Assembly (NCBI GenBank): GCA_013265495.1 | Contig: MU058844.1 | Location: 9,320,184 to 9,384,183 of the forward strand | Direction: 5' to 3' | Length of the DNA: 64,000 bases | Source of the DNA: Vicugna vicugna | Taxonomy: Eukaryota | Part shown: positions 1 through 11,685 of the stretch, piece by piece | How the letters are laid out: each line of letters opens with the position of its first letter | Position numbering within the stretch: position 1 is the stretch's first letter | Position numbers and translations under genes: made by a program | Notes under the pieces: generated by a model | Seen by the model: only the letters and a program-made list of their open reading frames with translations | What the model was told of the DNA's origin: nothing | Database searches by the model: none

Positions 1-2145
1 TTAATCAGGGTTGTAAAAAAGGGTCACATATTTAAATGAGTACATTTACAAACTAACAGATCAATATAACATCACAAATATGATGTCTTTATGCATGAGC
101 ACACTGAGAGACAACAATCTGAATTGACCTCCATGAAGGAGAAGTTTTAGGTCCAACTGGTTTCTCCGGCCTCACCCTGGAAGTTCCCTGGATGTGCCAA
201 TTAGATACATAAAAATAGTTCACTGGGACCTAATTGTATAATTCCATTTGTTTTTATGTATTAGATAAACACAACTAATTTCAAACTAGCAAGCCTTTGA
301 CATCACAATTATAGGACCTAGAAAAATTCATCACACTGCATAATAAAAAATGTCAATTGAGGAATCTCAAAAATAATTACAGATTGAAAGACATGAGGCC
401 TTGAATGAATGGTTACTCCTCAGGCTAAGAAATAGAGGCATGTGTAAAGGAGATCTAATGAAAGGAAGAGAGGGGGAAAATCAACATTGGCTTTACATAT
501 ACTCATCTACTTCTATAGACATGTCCTTCCTAGTTGTTAATCACTCTTACATGTTATACTGGGGGAGCACCAAGGGTGACTGATGTGACCTGCCCTGGAT
601 GCTGTCATTGCTTGCCTGAGGCTTCGGAGTGGCAGCCAGGTTTTTATCTCCTCTGGCAAAATGCAATCCTGGTTAATGAGATGCATCACTGAACCTGATA
701 ATTTTGTACCTCTCTAAACTCAAAGCAGAGCCAACTCGCTGGGCTTAATTACTGCCTCAACCCCTGGTCAGATATGAAGGACAAGAGACATCCATCTAAA
801 ATAAAGGTAAGTCAGAAACAGAGAGAAAGGTCTCCAGAAAAAGAAAGAGGGAAAGTGAGCCAGTTATGGGTGGGGGAGGGGGAGTGGATGGCTACCTATT
901 AAGAAGAAAGAGGTGATATGTGCCTTAGAAATATCTGAACAGGACACATTCACATGTCCATATCTAGAGGGTCTATAAAGTAAAAGAAATAGGGTATATC
1001 TTGTTGGTTAAAAGCCATGAAACTGAGTTCAAATCTTAGCTCCACCACTTATTAGCTATGGCTTTGGGCTATGATCTACCTGTGACTCAGTTTCTTCACC
1101 TATAAAATGGGGCTAGTAATAGCATCTACTTCACTGGTTTGTAAGAATGTAAGAATTAAATAAGGAGTATTTGAAAGTACTTAACTTGGGCCTAGCATGA
1201 GTTCTTATAAATTATACATGAATTCATGTATGTGTGCACAGAGCATACACAGTCACATAAACACTTGTGTGTGTGTGTTCCTACGCTTCCTCTAACCTCT
1301 TACCCAAAGCCTTCTTTATTGCTGACTTTGTGTTCCCTGACTGAACAGCAACAAGCCTTTTTTTTTAAATATGCTGGAGGTCACCTGAAAGAAACTGAAA
1401 ACTCTTCAACAGTAAAAATATTAAAATCATTGAGTGTAGTAGTTCATGAATCACAGACTACTAAACCTCTGCACGGGAATTTAATGTGGTAATGGGAATT
1501 GCTAGGTGGTAATCAAAGTGACATAGCTTTAATGCTCTCTGTTCTTATATCTTGTCATTTAAGTGTTTTCTGCAGATAACCTCTCAAGAGTCCACAAAAT
1601 TACACATGACTCTTTGCCCGCTTGCCGTTTTACTTCTGCAAAAACTTTTAATGTGTTAGAAACCCAAGTTGGTCCCATTATCAACAGCTAGAGACTTGCT
1701 TGGACGTAGAAATGAGGTGTTCATTAGGGCAAATTTACTAAAAAAGCACTGTAAAATATCATCATTGATGCATTAGATGGCTTTTTTTTTCCTTCACTGA
1801 TCACAGAATAATTTATCTGTTTAGAATATTCATATTTTGTTTTCATAAACATTATTTCCAGACCAAATATCTTTTCTAAAGTTTTTAAAAGACATTTTAC
1901 ATGCAAATTAATCACACCTCTCCACAAAGCTGGGTAGCCAAGAGATTATGCATATCGAGTATAAGCATTCCGATCATGACCCTGACACTAGCTGGACAAG
2001 TGACTTTATCTCTCTGTTCACTGGATCCCTCTTCTTTAAAATAGGAATAGTGCCTCACTCATAGAGTTATCAGTAAGATTTTAAAAATTATCCATGAATG
2101 GAGTGCCTTAAAAATCATATGGTAAGCTGCCAGTGTTTCTTAGTG

Positions 2146-3107
2146 CAGTTGACCCTTGAACAACACAGGGTTTAAACAGCAAAGGCCCACTTATATGCTG
2201 ATTTTTTTTTCAGTAAATATACTGGAAATATTTTTGGAGATTTTAGTGATTTGAAAAACTCACAGAAAATCACATTGCCTAGAAATACCAAAAGAATTAA
2301 GAAAAAGTCATGTCATGAATGTGTATAATATATGTAGATACTAGTTTATCCTTACATAGGCATAAGGTGAGTGGTATATAATATGAAATTACTAATGTGT
2401 TAGTTTTCTCACTGGTTCATAACTTTGCTTTCAAAAAATTACTGTACAGTATGCCTCTCCCTCTGGTAATCGGAAAAACTGCAGATCAGCCTATCATCAC
2501 ATGTAAGTAGTTTTTAAAAATGTAACAATATCCCCAGTACTGTATTATGACTATGAGTGTATACTGCATGCCGTAAACACTGTCTAGCAAGTCATTCATT
2601 AGGGTACAGGCTGGGCGACCACAAAGCAACCATATTGCTACTTCCTCACTATCCATGCATGAATCACTACACCTGTAAATAAATATGAATTTATTTTTCA
2701 CCTTATCTTTTCATTTTTGATGTCTAGTGGCAGTAATCTGTACAACACCTGCAATGTGTTGTGTCATACAAGACAATACTGATGCAGGTACTAGATTCAT
2801 CTTGCTAACAGACTATGGAAACTTAACAGTGTGGATAAATACAGTACAGTACTACATATGTATTTTCTCTTCCTTATGACTTTCTTAATGACATTTCCTT
2901 TTCTCCGGCCCAGCTTACCATAAGAATACAGTATATACCACACATAACATATAAAACACATGCTAATTGACTACTTATGTTATCAGTAGGGCTTCCAGTC
3001 AATAACAAACTATTGGTTAAGTTTATGGGGGAGTAAAAAGTACACGCAGATTTTTGACTGTGTGGGGGCTGGTGCCCCCACCCCCCGTGTTATTCACGGA
3101 TCAACTG
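2146..3107. mobile_element. Non-autonomous Tigger2-like (TcMar-Tigger) DNA transposon
   Basis: Terminal inverted repeats CAGTTGACCCTTGAACAACACAGGG ... CCCCGTGTTATTCACGGATCAACTG (21/25 match) of the Tigger2/MER28 type; no transposase ORF. Confidence 0.85.
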
Positions 3108-3389
3108 CATTATCATTATAGCTGTAATTTAAATTAATAAATGATACCACAATAGATTATACACAGAATCGAATTCATTAATATTATGGGTATTTCTGTG
3201 CTTCAGTTTTTTGGATTTAAGCTAGTTTTTAATAAAGACAGAAAACATCATTCATATTTTTTTGCCAAAAATAGTGATGCTTAGAAGTTGTTGAATGGTT
3301 TATAAATCAAGCGCTCCTTTCAAACAGTCAACAAGAATCATCCTTAGTGAATCACCATAAGCAAGAACCAAATTCGGTACTCAGATTAC

Positions 3390-3524
3390 CGTGTTTGGAC
3401 GATTATAAATGAGAACTTTATCTGGCTTGTGTCGTCCTATTTTCAGTGCTTCTTCTATAAGTGGTATGTATTCTACCCTCCTTCCAGGTTCAATGCCGAA
3501 CGATGCTGTAACCACCAGCTTGGG
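3390..3524 (-). CDS. ACSS3: ACSS3 coding exon 4 (absent from the ORF track)
   Basis: Read manually: acceptor TTTTCTTTGTAG|CCC, donor ACG|GTAATC; 135 nt. Encodes PKLVVTASFGIEPGRRVEYIPLIEEALKIGRHKPDKVLIYNRPNT, in frame with exon 3. Later exons lie outside the window (left of position 1). Confidence 0.94.
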
Positions 3525-6139
3525 CTACAAAGAAAAATAAATAAATAATAATATAGAAAACCTAATCATCTTAATTGAGGTAATCATAATACTTCAGGTG
3601 CAGGCCGACAGTTTAACATTTCCAAAGAACTTGTATCTATACTGAACAAATGGCCTGAAAACCAATAAACCATTTTAAAATGTTATAGACCTAACCACTT
3701 CCACATAAATCTCACCTGCTCAGAATTCCATGCTTAACAATGCTTCTGGCTAATATATATAAGCTATTAAAAATGCTTTCCAAAGAATTCATTAAATTTA
3801 GGAAGTATTTCTAAAAAAATTTTTTTACATAAGCATCTCTGCTTAAATGCCTAAAGAGAGCTCAGAAGGAAGACAGCCGAATCTCTAATAATTCTTTTAT
3901 GATTCTTTTTTCATTCTAAATACATGCTTATTTTCATCAAATATAATATTTGTAATTTTGTCATAATTTTCTTTAAAGCGCCCCCAAATGATTTTAAAAG
4001 GGTCCCCAAATGATTTAAGTTTCAAACTCCACAAAGCCTGAACCGGTCCCTGTCAGTAAGAGATACCTGCATTATTTTTAAACTGATCACTTGCTAGTCA
4101 TTCTTCAAGATAAGTGCAGGTGTAGCCGAAAGAAGTTAGGGTCAATCTTCCCCTCTTGGTAGACACTGGGCAGGCTTCAGATGTCCTTCATGCCCACCAC
4201 TGCACAGGATGCTCTCCAAGGCCAATTTGGACCCCATCACTCTCCTATTTCCTACGCCTGGTACAATGCTTGCTGTACCATAAGCTCTTAATAAATACTT
4301 GTGGCACTGAACCAAAATTCTCATTAATTTGCAAAATAAACATGTCTTTATTCTTTTAAGTATACTGTTCCTTCACCAAGAAATCCAAATCAAAGGAGAC
4401 AGACAATAAATTATTCAGGAGACAGATAATCAATCCAAGGTTGTGCATCTATTCCTGAATTCTGATTTCTGGTTACAATACATTTCATCTACAGAAGGTG
4501 TATATTATGCCAAATACATGCATATATAGCACTTTCTGCTTTTTAGTATCATTTACTATTCATGGAGCTGAGATGCAGTGCAGTTACGTAGCTTGCCCCA
4601 GGTTAAAAATGGTGGAATTGGAAAGAGAGCCAGTTCTGATTTCAGAACTTTTCTCTTTCCACTATATCAAGCTGCCTTTTGTGAGGGAAAAAAAAAGAAA
4701 GAAATGAAAAAAAAAAGAAAGAAAATTGTGTCCTTTTATTATATTTTAAAGGTCAGACATCTGAATACAATTCACATTTTAATATCTGTAATACTTACAA
4801 AAATAACTCTAGATAACATTTCCTAAGATGAGAATTCTGAATAAATGAAAGTAAGTTACCAAATTGAAAACATATATAGAATATATCCGAAGCTGAATAC
4901 TGTAATAAAATCAAAATTAGACTCTTCCTCTAGAAAATTATCCTTTTCAACATTTCTATCAACAGACTTTTACTGGAGGTTTTATTCCATCTCAGCTGAC
5001 TTCTCCCCATCTTAATCTGTTCCAATAAAACTTTTTCTTCAGCCTACGTAGCTGAAAATCATGACATCAAAATCATCCCTAATTTCAACCATCAATTCTA
5101 TCCAAGTATCTCAGATACGTATCTCTATCTCCATCTTCTCACCTTTAATTTGACCTGTTCAGTGATCATGCCCATAAGAATGAACATATTGCCTAAAACT
5201 CCTTAACAAGGTTAGAGGCGTGTGTGTGTGTTATGAATGAAAACTTCTCCAGTGGTACAGCATAAGTTTTATAAATCCATATAGATACATAAATTTTCCT
5301 ACATCACATAAAATATTTTAAAAAGGAAATAATACATATCATACCTTTGCCCAAATGGTGTTTAGGATTTCTGTAGCTAAAAAACTCAAGTCTACAGCTT
5401 TCTGAAAGAAGTCCCCCACTGCCCACTGATTTACAGGTCAGTGACTGATAATTTCGCCTAGATTTCCCTTCGTAAGCACTAATTCAACATGTTTTAAAAA
5501 AGAGGAGAAAAAAAAAAAAAGAATCCAGCCAGTCAGCGTGCAAACCAGCTTCTTAGTTCTAATAACCGGTCTATTACCAGATGAAGTCAGATATGCAAAA
5601 ACCTCACTTTATGCCTGGCACTCAGGGGACCCTCGATATATATTAGTTCCCTTCCTTGTTAAGACTGACTCATCCTGGGCTTGTAAAACTCTAAAGGTCA
5701 ATCATCCCCGTCTCCCATAACAACCTTCTTTCTTTAATCTTCCCACTGCTGTTCCTCTCTCGCACGCTGCCCACTGCTACACAAACAGACCACCTACCGA
5801 AGGTTCTCATTCCAATCTCTCCCCTACTCACCTCATACTGAAACATTGCTTAAAACGTGACAGTCACCTGCTCAAAAACTTTACCTGTCAAGGTCTACAG
5901 GATCCAGTTCAGACAAAAACTACCTTTGCAAGTTCATCTTCTCTCCCTCTTCAATCACATCGGTCTATTCCCTGTCCTTCGAATGAATTCCACCCTTTTC
6001 TGCCTCTAATGCTAGACTCTTTTTTTCTCTCCTTCTGGATCCCACAGCATCATTCTCTTTAACTAGCTGAATTTTAGCTAAGTTCGGATCTAACTCAAAT
6101 CTCACCTCCTTCAGGAAGCCTCCTTCTGCCACCCCAACT

Positions 6140-6285
6140 AGAAGAAATCACCCGCCTCGGTAGTGGATTGAAGAAACCTGAGTAATACGTACTTGAAGAT
6201 GATGATAAGAGTTTCGATAGTGACAATAATAGCCACCTGTTTTATAACAAATTGACTACAAACTGACACTGTTATTATGCCATAT
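6140..6285. repeat. Dispersed direct repeat, copy A (intron 3)
   Basis: About 146 bp aligning to 7411-7556 at roughly 90% identity by manual alignment (about 12 substitutions and 2 single-base indels). Confidence 0.93.
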
Positions 6286-6299
6286 TCCTGCCTCTAAAT

Positions 6300-6513
6300 C
6301 AGGGGTCTGCCAACTATGGGTGAGAGCCTAAAGCTTCCCACATCAAGTTCTGTAAAGTGACACTGGGACACTGCCCTGCGTTTCTGTAGTGTCTGAGGCT
6401 GCCTTTGGGCTGGAACAGCACTGCTGGGTAGCTGCACCAGAAACCACGTAACCCACAATGCCTAAAATATTTACTATCCAGTAACTTACAGAAGAAAAGT
6501 CTGCTGATCCTTG
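6300..6513. mobile_element. MER58-like hAT-Charlie MITE
   Basis: Ends CAGGGGTCTGCCAACT ... AGTCTGCTGATCCTTG, with an 8-bp target-site duplication CTCTAAAT / CTGTAAAT (7/8), as expected for hAT elements. Confidence 0.8.
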
Positions 6514-7146
6514 CTGTAAATTCATAGAACAAGAACAGCTAACTCGTTTTTTTTTTTAATGAGTACTATGTTAGGTGTTTTAAATTCAGTATCTCAATGA
6601 TATTTCACAACATCCTTTCAAGTTTGTGATGTTAGTACCCTGTCTAAAGGCGTAACTTGTAATCCACTCCTCCCTGACGCTCCCCCTTAACCACTGTGCT
6701 CTATACCACCATTCCTGGAAGTTTGTAGATTATAAAACTAGTCATTTGTCCCAGCAATTTGATAAGTATCATTTATTAATCAGTTCCAAGGACAGGAACA
6801 GCCACACAGTGGAAGCTTAGCAAATGTACGTTGAATGAACAAATTAGTCATCAGTTGTTTTTCTTAAACATCTTACACACCCAAACATATGGCACGCTAA
6901 CTTGAAAGGCATGCACCTTATACTTCATACTCTTCACAGCACCTAGAAAGATGTCCTTCACATAGGACTGGCTTGAAAATAAAACTTTGGTTAATAGTGT
7001 ATGCCAAATAAAAAGTAAACTTTAATCATTCCATTTGAAAGGAGGATCTAACAAGCACAGATCACTCCTGGATGAGTCATCCACGGCTAAGTATATGGCA
7101 GTACTATACGTAGCTACTACTTGATTTCTCCAAACAAAGCACTTAC

Positions 7147-7335
7147 CTTTGCATGATCAATGCGACCACTTAGCTCTTTGGATGCAAATCCCCCAAATAT
7201 GAGACTGTGGATGGCTCCGATCCTTGCACACGCCAGCATGGTGTACATCGCCTGCGGGATCATGGGCATGTAGATCACCACAGTGTCGCCTTTTTTGACA
7301 CCATGCTTGACCAGAACGCCAGCCAGCTTAGAGAC
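7147..7335 (-). CDS. ACSS3: ACSS3 coding exon 3 (AMP-binding domain)
   Basis: Acceptor TTACAG|GTC, donor AAG|GTAAGT; 189 nt, phase 0-0. Encodes [63 protein letters not shown], including the ACS-family [16 protein letters not shown] motif. Confidence 0.97.
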
Positions 7336-7410
7336 CTGTAACAACATCATTACATCAGCAAAGCGTTTCTGTGTTAGTTCACTAAACTTCAAAGTTACAG
7401 CAGTAAAGCA

Positions 7411-7556
7411 AGAAGACGATCACCCACCTCGGTAGTGGATTAAAGAAACCTGAGTACTACGAACTTGAAGACGATGATAAGAGTTTCGACAGTGACAATA
7501 ACAGACACCTGTATTATAACAATTGACTACAAACCAACACTGTTATTATGCCATAT
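7411..7556. repeat. Dispersed direct repeat, copy B (intron 2, about 75 bp from the exon 3 acceptor)
   Basis: agaagacgatcacccacctcggtagtggattaaagaaacctgag...cactgttattatgccatat matches 6140-6285 in the same orientation. Confidence 0.93.
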
Positions 7557-8289
7557 GAACTACAAGGCTTAAATTTGCTTAATTATTCATTCAACAACAT
7601 ATTTACTCAGCAACTATCATGCGCCAGGCACTGCATTTAGAGTTGGGAACACAAAGGCACAGACTCGTCCCTGTGGAGCTTTTATGCTAAAGGGTGAATC
7701 TGTCGAGTGAGCTTTAATAAAATAATTGTACATTTAGACATACACCAGGTTACGTGTTGAAGGAAACATGTGTATTAAGAAAGAAAACATCATTATCCAC
7801 TGGTAAATAAGACAGATTCTGTTCTTCTTCTTTCTATTTTATATATAAGGTAACTGAGGCTCAGGGTTAACAGCTAACTAGAGGTCAGCGAGCTACTAAA
7901 TGGTGTAGCCAGGATCCACTTCAAGTCTTTGACCTCATATTCTTTGCCCTTTCTACTGCTCCAAACCAATTATATTTCGTTTATAGTTTCTTTATACTAA
8001 TTATCTATACAAAGTGACTGCCCTTTGTACTGAGAGCATGCATACAAACTTCTTTTTAGTTTTAACAAGCATTTTGTGGACCCAACAAACAAATGTCTCT
8101 TTCCCCTTAACATGCGTTTTTACAATTTCTAGTAATAAAGGTAAAATAGATTACAAGCCGACACATGATAAAATGTGTTGCAAGAAACCTCTCCTAAGCG
8201 ATTATAGCAGGCTGTGGGAGGCATGCCCAGACCTAAGTGGATAAGAAGTTCAACATTCTTTAATTTAAAAGACTTATATTCAGTTCATC

Positions 8290-8810
8290 ACACATATGGT
8301 TTTCTGACACATCAGTAAACCAAACAAGACAAAGATCTCCACCCTGAGAGTCCTTATGTTTTAGCAGAGGATATGAAATAAATGTACTAAGTAAATCATG
8401 TATTATGTTGAAAGGTATTCAATGCTATTCGGCGGGGTGTTGGGGGAGAGTACATCAAAATAGGGGCTTGGGTGTGCAGGGGATGTAATTCTCACTGGGA
8501 CGATCAGGGAAGACCTCACGAAGAAAGTGACACATTGGCACTGGCATGCAGAAGTGGGGAATAAGTGGATACCTGTGAGTACACAATTTTAGGCAGAAAG
8601 AACAGCAGTACAGTGGTGTGAGTGGGGTGGTTATGTGATGTGACTGAGGAACAGCCAGGGGACCAGGGGAGATGAAACAGAGAGAACAGGTGAGAAAGCG
8701 GTCATGGACCAGGTCAGAGAGCTTAAGGGCCTGCAGGGATCTGGAAGAAAATGGAAGGGCTATGTCTTGCTTTTGAACGTGATGGTTCAAGACACTGCAC
8801 AGAGGAGGCC
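8290..8810. mobile_element. Degraded L2 LINE fragment
   Basis: Purine-rich L2-type motifs (atcagggaagacctcac..., gaggaacagccaggggaccag..., agggcctgcaggg...); boundaries approximate. Confidence 0.55.
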
Positions 8811-11515
8811 GGAGAGAAGGAATTAGGCCACACTGCTATTTGTGGTTCCTTTCATTTCACTCTGCCTCTCCTACTTTTTTGAACAAGTTCAAAGGATTCT
8901 GAATCCTGATGATTCTCCCTTTTTCTCTCTATTCACCTCCTCTGTGCAGATGGGGAAAGATGTGGTCAAGGTTAAGGGCTTTGGGGAAAGCTGGAAAGTA
9001 ACAAACAACTATCTCAGTGTTTTATCCTGTCCTATATTTTGCAAAGTATAATCCGTGCTATTTATTTGAAGAACCCCAAGTTGCCCAGCAGAAAGTTACA
9101 AGAAAGATAAATCAAAGTTATATAAATTATGAACTTAAATTCTATATAGAGCTTAAGAACCAAGCTAAACACTAAAGGTTATATACCTCACCATCTCAGT
9201 GCATTAATCCCTGTGGAAAGTGGCCGTGCTCTGCAATTACACTACTGGGTGCCCCATTTAAGGGTCAGCACTGGGGGAGACCAATGAGAAGACTTTGTCC
9301 TACTTAGAGTTAGAGTTATAGCCCTGGCATCTTAAATAGTGTTAAAAACAAATCTTCAACCAAAACCCAATCTAGCAATGATTCAGTAACTTTATAATCC
9401 AGCCTCACCCCACAACGGTGCTAGAAGATGACCAAAACTTCTCTGTCCTCTGAAAGAAATCAAATCAATAAATTTAGGATTTTTTTTGGAAAGAAAGATC
9501 TCACAATGGCTCAATGTGGCCCCAAGGAGGACTAAAGTTGGGGCCATATCACACCTAAAAAAATGAGCCAACATACTAAAATTAGATTTCATAACATTAG
9601 ACTTCACCTCCAAATCCAGATTTCCAGGTTCTCTTGAAGACCTGGAGGGGCTAGCCACACAAGGTCTGGGTTCTTTAATGACAACAACCGACTGAATTTG
9701 ATCAGCTGCTGCTTTTGTCCTTGAACTTGCCATTCCCTGAGGTTGTTTATCACAGAGCTTGCATTTTTCTTTCCATTCGGACTTTAAAATACATTCCTCT
9801 ACATGCTACTTATTTTGTCTCGGGCTTAACCACAGTCTCGTAACCGTAGAGGTGTGATATATACTGATAACTGATTTTTCTCCCACCATTTCTCCCGTTT
9901 ACATTATCTGCCTGGCTCCTGTAGGCATCTGAATTTTAACTGCCGCCCTGAAGACAGACTTGTCAAGTTAGGCTGCACTAGGTCTGAACAACCACTAGAT
10001 GGTGCCCATTTTGGCCTTGCTAACCTTGCTTCTTGCAGCTACTCCTCAATGTTTAATACTATCCTAACCACGCTGGAGTTGCTCTGAAGACAAAAGTTTT
10101 ACATGTCCAGCAAAGAAAATATATTTTTCAGTACTATTTGGGGATAAATGTCACTTCAGTAAAATTTTCCATTGTGCCTTGCAAATTTAAAATTATACAT
10201 TTTTTTAAATTTAATATATTTTATATGAAATTGAACGGGAAAATATGTTTCTGAAAAGACTTAAAATAAATAAGCTTATGAAAAACAAAATATTAGCTCA
10301 TAACAAAAAAGTGGACACTGATTTAAAATGAAAATACCTGAGAATGCTTCATTAAAAAATATTCATTAATATTGAACCTAGAGTTGGTGAATAGGGAAAC
10401 CTCTGAACAGAACACTGAATAGTCTTATCTCAGATACAAAAAAAAGTCATTTTGAAGATAAACGTAAGCAACAGCAAGCAATCAGAGGAAAGACCTAGAA
10501 ATCCTAGGCACCTAAGAGTTGATAATCACTCAAAGTTCTATGAAACCAACACAAAGGACAATTTGATTATTGTTATTTCAGGGTTTACTTTGTTCTCATT
10601 GACTTTCAGATGGAAAACTATCAAAGAGAAGGAAGACAGATACCATTTTTATTCAATGTTATATTCTTATCTTACCATAGACATCTGAGCGTAGATTTAC
10701 AATTTCTATTATTGTCCGAAGGAAAAACTTTTTAACATATACCTCCTATAACCTATAGTTTTTAAATAATGTGCCATTTGCCTAAACCATATTCATCTTT
10801 TCTCCTTCTTAAAATTATTTTAATTTATCAACAATTTAGTGGGTTTATATCAGGCATACATCACTAAAATTGGTGATGTCAAGGGCAACACATTTCCCAT
10901 ATAATCATGCTCAGGTCATGTTACTCTGTTAGCATGAGGATAACTGAGCCAGGAGGGAGCCCGAAGAAACAAAGCAAATTTATATATTCATTTAGATACA
11001 ATAGTGTTTGCTTCTTCCCACTAGATGTTTATTATATGAGCTAAGCATTATTTTGGTACAAATTTAAAGTTATTTTAATATCTAAGTATACTATCATTGA
11101 TTCAATTTACATAATATCCGCTATGTGGCCCATACTGAAATGCAAAAAATGAGGAAGATATGGTCCTTAAAGCAAAGAAATTCAGAATCCAGGAAAAAAA
11201 ATGATACATAAATAATAATCATAAAATAAGAAGATACAACAATAGATGTTTATATAATATAAAATAGTGTACATATATATTTGATTTATATATAACACAT
11301 ATATATTTGATTTAGATACAAGTAAAAACTTCAAATTTTGAATTGAAAAATGAAAACACAGAAGCATAAATAATTAAAAAGGCAATAAAATTTTTATATA
11401 TTCATTCTGGAAAATCTTCATTCAAAAGCAGTGTGTGAGTTCGAAGAATTTCATGACCAAAAGCCCATGACACAAATATAAACATTAGTCAAAACTAATC
11501 AAAGACTAGCTTCTA

Positions 11516-11685
11516 GGGGGAAGGGGTACAGCTCAGTGGTAGAGTGCATGCCTAGCATGCACAGGTCCTGGGTTCAATCCCCAGTACCTCCATTAAAGAT
11601 AAATAACTAAATAAAAACCTAATTACCTCCCCCTCAAAAATAAAAAAGTAAGTTAAAAATCAATAAATAAAAGCCTTAAAAAAAA
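11516..11685 (+). mobile_element. tRNA-Ala-derived SINE (camelid Vic-1-like)
   Basis: A box (CAGCTCAGTGG), B box (GGTTCAATCC), tRNA-Ala(AGC)-like head, CCTAATTACC tail motif and A-rich tail; perfect 15-bp TSD AAAGACTAGCTTCTA at 11501-11515 and 11686-11700. Confidence 0.93.

Noticed and set aside
1..3389. Search for ACSS3 exon 5 (expected YILYTSGTTG.PK AMP-binding motif)
   Set aside because: I found no such motif on the minus strand here; the exon presumably lies beyond the window edge.
11516..11592. Possible genuine tRNA-Ala gene (also at 32094 and 46180-46258)
   Set aside because: These copies have stem mismatches or indels, SINE tails and target-site duplications, so they are retroposed SINEs.
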